From contig QPGO01000192.1 of NCBI GenBank assembly GCA_008632985.1, positions 1-64,000 of the forward strand: a DNA stretch of 64,000 bases, in the 5' to 3' direction. Positions within the stretch are counted from its first letter, which is position 1; each line of letters opens with the position of its first letter. Position numbers and translations under genes: made by a program. Below are positions 49,418 through 59,644 of the stretch, one piece after another. The DNA comes from Psammoneis japonica. Lineage: Eukaryota. The notes under the pieces were generated by a model. It was not told the DNA's origin. It did not search any database and saw only the letters and a program-made list of their open reading frames with translations.

Positions 49418-50921
49418 TCCCTGAAGGCTTGCACCTTGAGACTCGTTTCTCCAATTGGATCAGTCTCTCAGGAGATGCAGCTGAGCTTGCAATCAGATTG
49501 GTGGAACACAAGACCACCGCTTGTGCCTTTGAACTCATGCTTGCTCTGTTCCCGAGTCGTGCAAACGCCATGCCGCCTGCAATGTTGCCCCGCCGTTCAA
49601 CATTGTCAACCAGACCAAGCTTTGCTCCTTCCATTGCAAGTGTGGATGTGGAATCCCACAAGATCCCAAGTGTGCCTTGAGCTTTGAAAAGCACAACGGC
49701 ATCTGCAATTGGGGAGACGCAGCTCATCTCAAGATGACCCACTTGGAGAATGCAACGTTGCTCTTGGATCTTGATCCTTTCTTGTCTCCTCATGTTTTGG
49801 TGCTTTGACTCCAAAGTTCTTCAGTCAATCTGAAGTCGAATCTGTTTCTGTGACTCCTCAAGCAAACTGGGGAGTGACAGGATTTGAACAGGATTCAGGT
49901 GCGCGCGAAACATCGCGCGCTGTTCAGTTTGCCGCGCACAGTTTTGTGTGCTTTAGTTCCGCGTTCGCGCGTGATGCAGTTTGCTTTCGAGCCACAAGGC
50001 TCACAAGAACAATGACAGTGGCCCGATTGCACCGACTTGCACGTCTTTCGGCTCCTGTGACGGTCTCTGAGCGGAGACTCATCTGCCATTTAGACAGCAG
50101 CAAGGAGTTGTTGTTTGAATTCTTGCCATTTGCCTTCAATTTCTGTCACCATGAGTGCACAGGGTGCGCACCTGCAGAACTTGGCTTCGCCGGATGATCT
50201 GCCGGTGTCATTGACCACTCAGTGGTTGGTGATTGCAGACTTTTTCGTGTCGGTCCGGCAGTCGGGCAGTCGGGCAGTCGGGTTGTCCGTCTGAATTTGA
50301 AAGTGTGTCCCTCGGATTTTGGAACGGGATGGGTTGTTTAGTACAGATGAATTCTTCGGATTCGTAGAATGATCATTGAGGACATGAGAGGTCGTGGGGA
50401 CATCCTAAAAAATCGATAAATTCCCTACGACGGGTACGTGGCACGGTTTTTCAGGAGAGCTCGAAAGTGCTGTAAAATTGGGATTGCCGGCGTGGCATGT
50501 TCAAAAATGTATTCAGTTATAAACAAGATAATTAATCGTGAATTCTACACGAAACAGTCATATTTGGGAAAACATATCGAACAATAAGTGAGTTTGTGCG
50601 ATGCGCTATTATGGCGATAAATTGGAAAAAAAAGAGTGTCCGTGCACCTCGCTACAGCCCCAAAAATGGCATGAGACATCAAATATAACGGTCATCCGCG
50701 TCACCGGTGCGGTGGCCACGCCACTCAGCCGCCACAATACCGGCCCCGGCGGTAGGGCCCTACGTACGTACAGACAATACAGCATGCAACGGCACACACC
50801 CACCCACAAAAGCGAAAGACAAGTGGTCAATGCTCCCCGCAGGCCTGGTATTCTTGAGACAGAAAAATGGCGGCGCTCGGCGCTGCATTTCCACGCCACT
50901 ACTTGTCCTGAACCAGACGCA

Positions 50922-51818
50922 ATGGAAAGGGAGGGCATCTTGTACTTTCAGGACGCTGTTCCTGTCGACAGAGCTACCTCTGCGTTGCATATGAACGAAG
51001 AATCAGGCGATGATGCGTTCTCGCTGGCCTTTTTCAATCTGGCGAATGCCAAGCACGTTGGCTATCGGCTCGACCAAACAAAAACAAGAAAGAAGAATCA
51101 GAAAGTCAGAATTGTTGTCAAACAAGATACGGGAGCTTGTGGCAATCATACAGGAGGTATCGTGTGGGAAACTTCATATCTGCTGCTAGAATATCTCTTG
51201 TCGCGGAGAAAGAAGCTCGGACGACTTTTGGAGGTGGGAGCCGGGTGTGGAATGTTGGGATTGGTACTTGCCGGTTCTGGTTGGTGCAAGCGAGTGGTGT
51301 TGACGGAAACAACAGAGGTAATGGAAAATTTAAAAGAAAACACCAATAAAAATGAGAGTGTCTTGCTGAAAAAGAATAAGAAGCATGTTGCGGTTGCAAG
51401 AAGGCTTCGGTGGGACCATTGCAAAGAAGACGTTGCGTCTCATCCAAAAGATCTGTGTCCACATTCTTTCGATACAATTGTAGGAACAGACGTGGTCTTT
51501 ACTCCGAAGCTAGTGGAGCCTCTACTCAACGCACTCCAACTTATGGCTCATGAGAAAACAGTTGTGTATCTATGCTTACAGGTACGATGTCCTGACTCAC
51601 ATGGGCTCCTGCTCGAGAAAGCACGAGAATATCGATTCCAGGTCACTGAAATAACATCTGACTTGGCATCGATACCAACCTGTACATGGGGGTTAGACAT
51701 GGAGTGTCGTCTCTTGCGCTTGACGGTTATATCGAAGATCGAGAAGGCGTCAAGAAAACTGGAAAGCAAGGAAGCTACTGAGAGCCGGACGAAGAAACAT
51801 AAGAAGCAAAGAAATTGA
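50922..51818 (+). CDS. Protein-lysine methyltransferase, METTL21/Methyltransf_16 family
   Basis: TGGIVWETS, LLEVGAGCG, LRW and DTIVGTDVVF. Start uncertain, since the ORF is open from 50601. Confidence 0.85.
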   Translation: MEREGILYFQDAVPVDRATSALHMNEESGDDAFSLAFFNLANAKHVGYRLDQTKTRKKNQKVRIVVKQDTGACGNHTGGIVWETSYLLLEYLLSRRKKLGRLLEVGAGCGMLGLVLAGSGWCKRVVLTETTEVMENLKENTNKNESVLLKKNKKHVAVARRLRWDHCKEDVASHPKDLCPHSFDTIVGTDVVFTPKLVEPLLNALQLMAHEKTVVYLCLQVRCPDSHGLLLEKAREYRFQVTEITSDLASIPTCTWGLDMECRLLRLTVISKIEKASRKLESKEATESRTKKHKKQRN

Positions 51819-51936
51819 TTGACACATAAATCGCACAAGACATTTTAAAATATAGTTAATTCAAAAAATAAAACGTGAAACAACCATGTGTACCCCGACA
51901 GATTTCCCAAAATGCGCATAGATTCTCAAGAATGCA

Positions 51937-53544
51937 TTACTCTCCTACTCCCCCACTGTTGGCTTCCTTCAGGAGTGCTTGTAATTCGGCCGTCTGTCTC
52001 TTGACTTCATCCCTCATGCCCTGCCGTTCCCGCTCCAAGACACGAAGCATGGCTTCCTTCATTCGTTTCAATTCTTCTCGGGCTCGGTCCCGCTCTGCCC
52101 GAACCGCGCGTTCCAGCATTTGCTCTGTATCACGCAGCTGGGCCTTGAGATAGCTTGTCGTGGATGCCTGTGCCGACAAGTCACTCTGGACTTCTTGTAA
52201 CTACAAGATCATACGACACATGCGAGTAAGTAAGAGTACATACTACCTGCAACACGTTGCAGCAACACATATGCACACAATTACATACCTGCCAACTGGA
52301 TTTTTCGTATTCACGTTCCATATTGTCCCGTTCCCTTTCGGCCCGTTGCACCCGCACCAAGAGCGAATCCCGTTCTTCTAAGAGCTGCTTCGCCGATGGA
52401 ATCTTGGCGCGATTCCCACCACTCGGCACCATTTGGACAATTCGTTCCAAAAACTCGGGACGACGGAATTTCGGCACGGAGGACGACGAGGAGAATCGAA
52501 TCCATCGCTCTCGACGTAATCATCACTGTCGAGTGCTTCGTCATAACTGGATTCACCAAACAGAGCGTCGTCAACGTCCTGCATTGTGTCTTTGGAAAGA
52601 CCTTTTTGTGGAGCAATAACGATTTGATCAATATTGCAATTCCGAGAAACTGTACCGGAGGGTGGAGGTGATAAAGGTTCGAACCTTTGGAAAGATTGGA
52701 AGCAAAACAGCCATGGGTGCAGAAAAGGAATCTCGTACTTGTTGTCGCATCAGACGTGCCTGTTGTTGTCGTTCCAATCTCCGTTCTGCCAGGGCTTGAG
52801 CCTTTTGTTCCCGTTGCAACTTTTTAGCAGCAATACGTTCTGCTACAGCTGCAGCCTTTTTCGCTTGCTCCGCCTTTTTCGCAGCCATCCTTTCCGCCGC
52901 CTGTTGAGCGCGTTGTGCCTTTTTCTCTTCTTCCGCCTTTTTTGCAGCTAGCCTATCAGCCGCCTTTTGGGCTCGTTCAGCCTCGGCTCGTTCTTTTGCA
53001 GCCATCTTTGCGGCTTGTGCTTCTGCGGCCATCTTTTCGGCACGTTCTTTTGCGGCAATTTCCATGGCTCGTTTCTCGGCAGCCATTTTTTCGGCTCGTT
53101 CATTTGCAACGACATCTTCTCTAGATTCGGTCGGTACCTCAGGCTCTGGCGTTAAATCCAGTTCTGGCGATAGTAATTCCAAGTCTGAATCATAATCTGT
53201 TTCAAGTCGCTCTGTACAGCATCAGAATACTCTTCTTCTTCGTCTTCTTCAAATTGCGCCAGCGGATCCTTCCACCAATTGTCCTTTTCTCTCCACGCTG
53301 CATCGTCATTGTCGTTTTGTGTTGCCGGCTGAGCTGCTGGTGGTGGTGGTGCTACAATAGAGTCATCGAGAAAGAGGCTCTCGTCGAGTTCTTCAATATC
53401 CTCCAACTGCAAATCATCATAGTTCTGTGGTGATACCGCAGAAGCAATCAATTTTGCTGTACTTCTGGCAGCTTCTCCTCCCAGAGCTGACGTACCAACC
53501 ATGCTTGCCGTCAACAAGGGACGGACCCATTGTAACGCAGGCAT
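51937..53544 (-). CDS. Acidic/Ala-Lys-Glu-rich coiled-coil protein of unknown function, with an intron and apparent frameshifts
   Basis: Consecutive coding-like segments in different frames; intron 52201-52288 (GTATGT...TGTAG). Confidence 0.55.
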
Positions 53545-54264
53545 TCTGGGTTGTCAAATACTAGCTCAACACAATTTTCAGATTCTGAAAAATATCCTCT
53601 GGAATCTCTGATTGACGAAAACTTCTTATAAAACAACACCTGCTTTTCTGCTTTCCACACCAATCCAATATACACGATGTTGTCTGTAGCGGCACTGTCA
53701 AGACGCAAAACACGACAGAGGTTCGGGATAGGGAGTGATGGTTGGCTACATAAACAGCACAAAGTCACTTCAACTGTTGCGTTGGAGGGATGCGATGTTT
53801 TGGCGCGCTGCCAATTTTCTACAGCGATTTTGTACCAGAGCTTGCGTGGTCCTGGATAAGAAAGTGGATAGCAATGCATGAAATGAAATACATCAAAAAT
53901 GTATACATTTTATTCTCATCACTTTTTGCGAAATTTCGAAATCCCGTGTATGTGTTTCTTTATTCAACTATGCATTTATGTAGCAATTAGTAAATAAGGC
54001 GGTCTAAGAACTTTATTGATTTATCTCCGACCACAAAGGACAAATATTTGGTTATAATATAACATCTGTTGATAATAATTTTAATGTTTTAGTTGTCTTA
54101 CTCCGCGTGGCAGTTGAGAGCTCAACGGACAGCCAAGCGCCCGGACGACGGTCGAGCGAAAGAAACTAATAGTCGAATTAGTCGTCATGGGATGTTTTTG
54201 GCGAGAAAAATCTGTCGGCGGTCGGCGGCGGCGATGTGACATGTTGTGACAATTTGCCATCACC

Positions 54265-56125
54265 ATGAGATTCTTTGCCGTTATGCGGTCCTTGGCGCTC
54301 GCCATTACACTATCAGTGGCAGTGGCCTTCCAGCCATATAGTCTTAAACGAACGCGTCTTGCTCTGAGTCGCAGCAGGTGAGTTTCAAGCGCAAAAAGCA
54401 TCATCGGAACAAATTGTTCTTTTTGAAAACCTCACATACTGTATGTTTCTTTCTCACTACTATTCCTTTTTTTTAAGACCAACACTCCATTCATACAATG
54501 ACAATTACACTCCTGTAGAACCGCCACCATCCCAGATTGAATCGATTCGCGAAAACGCCAAGCTCCTTCTTCCCATCAAAAAGGGCGAAACCGTGTCAAG
54601 TGTGAGCGAAAAGCTCATGAGAGCGACACTGGCAGGCATGGCGGTGGCTCTCGCCATGATTCCCGAAGGCGTGGCGTTTTCATTCTTGGCAGGAGTTGAC
54701 CCCCTGAAGGGACTGTGGACCACTGTCTTTTTGGGTTTTATAGCAGCTTCGTTTGGTGCACGGCCAGGGATCTGTTCGTCCTGCTCTGGGGCTGTTTCCG
54801 TTGTGATTGCCAGTCTTTGTCGTCGACACGGGCCTGCGTACTTGTCGGCGTGTGCCATTTTGGCGGGACTATTACAAATTGCATTTGGTACTGCGGGTTT
54901 GGGACGATTCATCAAGCTCGTGCCACATCCCGTCATGCTGGGATTTGTCAACGGGCTTGCGATATTAATGACCAGATCACAGCTGGCGGCATTTTCGGGG
55001 ATTGCATGGAATTCACCAGAGGGTATTGCTGCATATGGGCTCTGTGGATTTACCATGGCACTTGTCAAGCTCATACCGAAAATGAAAAAGAAATTACCAC
55101 CGACACTGACGGCTGTAGCGATAGCAACCTTGGTAAGTCGGTGTCTAGAGTTGCCCGTCATGACACTGGCACACCTTGCAGGAGCGGATACCTTTGTGGG
55201 TGGAAGAGCAGTCTTGCCAAAGTTTGGTCTCCCCGACGTGCCACTGTCGGCGCATACAATAAGCATTGTCATGCCGTATGCTGTGACTGTTGCATTGGTC
55301 GGATGTCTAGAGAGTTTACTCACAAAGCAATTGTTAGAGGGTATTTTGGACAGTGACGGAAAGACAGGATCCAATGGGCTCGAGTGCAGTGCTCAGGGAG
55401 CAGGGAATATTTTGAGTGGTTTGTTTGGAGGTATTGGAGGGTGCGCACTCTTGGGACAATCGATTATCAATGTTGAAAATGGTGGAGGCGAAAGTCGATG
55501 GTCTGGCATGAGCATGGCGCTGTTTCTTGCGACTGGGATTATTGCGTTTGCGCCGGCGCTCGGAGCTGTACCACTTGTAAGCTTGGTCGGAGTCATGCTG
55601 CTTGTTTGCTATTCCACCTTTTCGTGGTCATCGTTGCGTATGATTAACAAGATTCCAAAACTGGACGCGGCAATCATTGCGCTGGTGTCGTTTGTGACTG
55701 TGCAAAAGGACCTGGCGAGTGCGGTGTTTGCCGGCACGATTGCGAGTGCGCTAGGATTTGCCTGGAAGCAATCCACAAGTCTCGTTGCGTCGTACGTCGA
55801 AGTGGATAACCGAAAAATGTACAAATTGACAGGTCCACTCTTTTTTGGCAGCAGCGGAAAATTCGCACAATTGTTCGACCCAAAGGGGGATCCAAACAAT
55901 ATTATTGTAGACTTTGCTGACTCGCGTGTCATGGATCATTCTGCGCTGGAAGCAATAAATAACCTTGCCAGCGATTATGGAAGTCTGGGGAAAACGGTTT
56001 ATCTGACACACTTGTCGGATGACTGCAGCTCACGTCTCGTGAAACTCTTCCCAAACTCTGAACTACCACCCCATCAAGTAATCTGGGACGACCCTTCGAC
56101 AGATCCTGTCTATCAAGTTGCATAA
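54265..56125 (+). CDS. SulP/SLC26 anion transporter with STAS domain, probably plastid-targeted
   Basis: Exon 1 (54265-54377) is a signal peptide ending AVA-F; intron 54378-54477 restores the frame. Motifs ALAMIPEGVAF, PHPVMLGFVNG, GPLFFGS and DHSAL. Confidence 0.92.
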
Positions 56126-56684
56126 AATAGGAAGAGTCGCCGTGAGGATGTGCTTGAGGCGTCATGGGGCAACAGTTGTTGTTGTCGCTATGTCTACCTT
56201 CTTTTCCATGTTTATTTATAAGAAGTAGCTATTTGGTGAACTGTGTAGAGAGTGTACCTAGAGACTATTGGACAGTAAAATAATGGTTTGCGATGCTACA
56301 GTAGCTACTGTAGAGACTCCTCCTCTCTAAAGCAAGATGCAGTAGTACGATGTAGGGCCCTAGGGCCCTATGTACTCAGTACGCGCACTTTAAAATTAGT
56401 CGAAGGGTTCGAACCGAAGGCCACGTCATTCATATCATCGGAAGATCTGCATGCAAGATAAAAAATGCTATTGCCCTTCATTCGTGTAGAATCTTAGTAA
56501 GACAGTAGTACTATGACGTATGCATGTGTGATGATGCGATTTCGTTTTTTGGACCACATCTTCATCTGACCACCGCATTTTCTGCACACGTTGTGGAGCG
56601 TTCGGAACGGCGGTCAGCTGCCATCGTATCCTCACAATTCTGTGGTTAGCACTGGTTGTCTTAGCTTTTTTTTTTATAAAAACA

Positions 56685-58377
56685 ATGGTGAAATACTCAA
56701 TCACAGCTTTCTTGGCAACAGCCGCACTGTCACAGGCATTCCAAACCTTGTCGACTCCCAGCAGGACAAGAAGTATAGGCGCGAGTCCGCGTCTGCAAGC
56801 TGTCGCTATCGGTGATGATGTAACAACGACAAGCCCTGTGATTAGTACTCCTACTACTGAAGAGGGTCGCACTGGAGCAATGATGGATTTGACTGGTATT
56901 GCCATGTCTGTGAGTTTTTGTGAACGTCGTCTCTAGTTGTAGTGGACCTGGAAGACAATGATTTTCTGAATTCTGATGCATTTGTTCTTTAAAAAAGTTC
57001 TGATGAATTTGTTCTTTCACTGACGATGCACGATTCTGCCAATTGTTATTTCGTATGTTTTGCACACTCATTTTCAATTCGTTAACATTACTGTACGTCT
57101 CAGGGTCTTAAAGGCAAAGCGCTTTCACTGACAAATGATGACTTCCCGATGGCCAACGAAGTGCGTAGTGTGATTCCAAAAGATTGTTTTGAACCGGAAA
57201 CAGCTAAATCGTTGGGTTACCTTAGTGTCTCTGTCGTTGGAACTGCGTTGTGTACTGCTTTCGGAGTTGGCATGCTGGGCGTACTAAATCCAGCCAACCC
57301 CTTGACGTGGCCAGTGTGGGCTGCATACTCGGCTGTCACTGGTACGGTCGCAATGGGACTTTGGGTTCTAGCACATGAATGCGGCCACGGAGCCTTCTCC
57401 AAGAACAAGACTCTGCAGGATGCTGTTGGTTACATTATTCATTCTGCAATGTTGGTTCCCTACTACTCGTGGCAGCGCTCACACGCGGTTCATCATAAAT
57501 ATACTAACCACATGGAGCTGGGTGAAACACACGTTCCTGAACCTCTCCAAGCTAAAGATGAAGGATCGTACGCATTGCGCACAAAGTTTGTCGACGCTCT
57601 TGGAAAAGAAAATGGTATGAAATTGTGGGGTGCCTATCAGGCGTTTATGCACCTTGTCGTTGGATGGCCCGCATACCTACTTATTGGGGCCACCGGGGGA
57701 TCTGCAAGGGGCATGACCAACCACTTTTACCCCGACCCACTCACTACCCCCGATATGCCAAAGAAAGAATTGTTCCCTGGCAACTGGAAGGAGAAAGTAT
57801 ACCAGAGCGATATTGGTATTGCTGCCGTCATTGGAGGATTGGCCGCATGGATGGCATGTGATGGACTTCCCGAAGTTATGGCAATGTACGGCGGCCCATT
57901 GTTGGTTATTAATGCCTGGCTCGTTCTCTACACTTGGTAAGCAAGTCTGCGCCTGCTGAATATCTTTGTTATGAAGAATTATTTCTCATTCTCTCTTTGT
58001 GACGTTAATAATTGGTAAGGTTGCAACACACGGACGTTGATGTGCCACATTTTTCAATCGACGACCACAACTATGTCAAGGGGGCTTTGCACACTATTGA
58101 CCGCCCTTACGACAAGCTTGACCCTTGGGGTGCAATTGACTTTTTGCATCACAAGATTGGATCGACACATGTGGCGCACCACTTTGATTCGTCAATGCCG
58201 CACTACAAAGCACAAGCTGCAACGGATGCCATCAAGGAAAACTTCCCTGAGTTGTACTTGTATGACCCTACCCCTATTCCGGAGGCTCTGTGGAGAGTGT
58301 GCAAGGGATGCACCTCTGTTGAGAAGCGAGGAGATTCATGGATTTGGAACAATGAGGGCCTTGAGGATCAGTTGTAA
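56685..58377 (+). CDS. FAD6: Plastidial omega-6 (delta-12) fatty acid desaturase
   Basis: Exons 56685-56909, 57104-57936 and 58020-58377 splice in frame. His boxes HECGH, HAVHH and HVAHH; leader SQA-F. The segment MMDLTGIAMSGLKG...VIPKDCFEP resembles diatom FAD6. Confidence 0.9.
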
Positions 58378-58938
58378 GCAACTCGACACGATAAGGGAAT
58401 GCGATCTTTTCTACAAATCAATTTTGCTTTAATAATGTAAAACAATAAAATGCTCTAAAAGAAACTTCGAGGAGACTCATGTTAGTTTATCGTAAGGCGA
58501 TGCGAGCTGCTGACGAATCCTTTGCCGCTGGTAAACACATACCCGTAACTATGAAATATCCGTCGGCTCCACACAGGTACATTGTGCCGACCGAACCGTG
58601 CATTGCGGTTTTAGCTATTTTCGGCACGTTTCTTGATCAGGCCTTTCGACGGAGAGACCTTTTCATCCAATGCATGCTGCTTCTTTGCTTGGGCAATAAT
58701 TCATCATAGTGTATTGAGCAAACCCGCCAAGAAGCTGATGACCACCATTAATCTACTCTTTGCTGTGCAAACTCAACAATAGAACGCAAATGACTTCTCA
58801 CGTCTTCTCAGATGTTGCAATTTTGGCGTTCATTAGTACATGCGCAGGAGGGCTCGATCCATGTCTAAAACATTATCTAGGTGCGTGCACAACGTGAGAT
58901 CCCAACCAAATCATTGGCATTGTCTCGTCGTCTACCTT

Positions 58939-59200
58939 TTAATACAGATGACTGACAAAGTTGCCACCAAGAATGATCAGAACTGCAAACACTAGCGCCA
59001 TTTGAATGGCATTACCACCAGATGGCGTGCCATTGCCGGTGCCGCCATTGTCCACGACCGGTGGCATAGTTGGCAAAGGTGCCGAGATTGCATCCGTGAT
59101 GGCGACAATCGCCTCGCCAAAGAGAGACTGTATGACAGTATTATTCAAGTTGTACGTTGGTAATCCTTGGTCCAGTCGAGTCTCAAAGTCGTTGGGAATG
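58939..59200 (-). pseudogene. C-terminal remnant of a membrane/GPI-anchored protein gene running into degenerate DNA
   Basis: Low-complexity linker plus hydrophobic tail and stop; upstream sequence is TpA-depleted and duplicated. Confidence 0.4.
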
Positions 59201-59644
59201 TGAAAAATCATGTGTGTGCAACTCACATGACTAAATCTTTCACAGTGACGTGTGCCAACTCAGAAGCAGTTTTTGAAATTGTCAACAACAGCAATCTGTG
59301 AACTCAGTCAAATGATGCAAATTGACCATGGCGCCTGCTTCAAAGAAGCTGGCAAGTGAACGGAATCCACTGACAAGCTCCATGGTTGAAAGTGTTGTTC
59401 AAGTTGTACGTTGGTAATCCTTGGTCCAGTCGAGTCTCAAAGTCGTTGGGAATGTGAAAAATCATGTGTGTGCAACTCACATGACTAAATCTTTCACAGT
59501 GACGTGTGCCAACTCAGAAGCAGTTTTTGAAATTGTCAACAACAGCAATCTGTGAACTCAGTCAAATGATGCAAATTGACCATGGCGCCTGCTTCAAAGA
59601 AGCTGGCAAGTGAACGGAATCCACTGACAAGCTCCATGGTTGAA
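59137..59644. repeat. 254-bp tandem duplication
   Basis: 59137-59390 and 59391-59644 are nearly identical. Confidence 0.95.

Larger units (their letters stand above)
46575..50148 (+). mobile_element. Non-autonomous Ty1/copia (CoDi-like) LTR retrotransposon
   Basis: LTRs at 46575-46849 and 49875-50148 (TGACAG...CTGTCA); PPT GGGGAG at 49869-49874; flanks CCACA/CCATG; no pol motifs seen. Confidence 0.9.
44817..50177 (+). mobile_element. Repeat family C, third unit, interrupted near its 3' end by an LTR element
   Basis: Matches 10195 onward; resumes after the LTR element with AGTGCACAGGGTGCGCACC. Confidence 0.8.

Noticed and set aside
54505..55374. 289-aa minus-strand ORF
   Set aside because: Antisense shadow of the SulP gene with no recognisable motifs.
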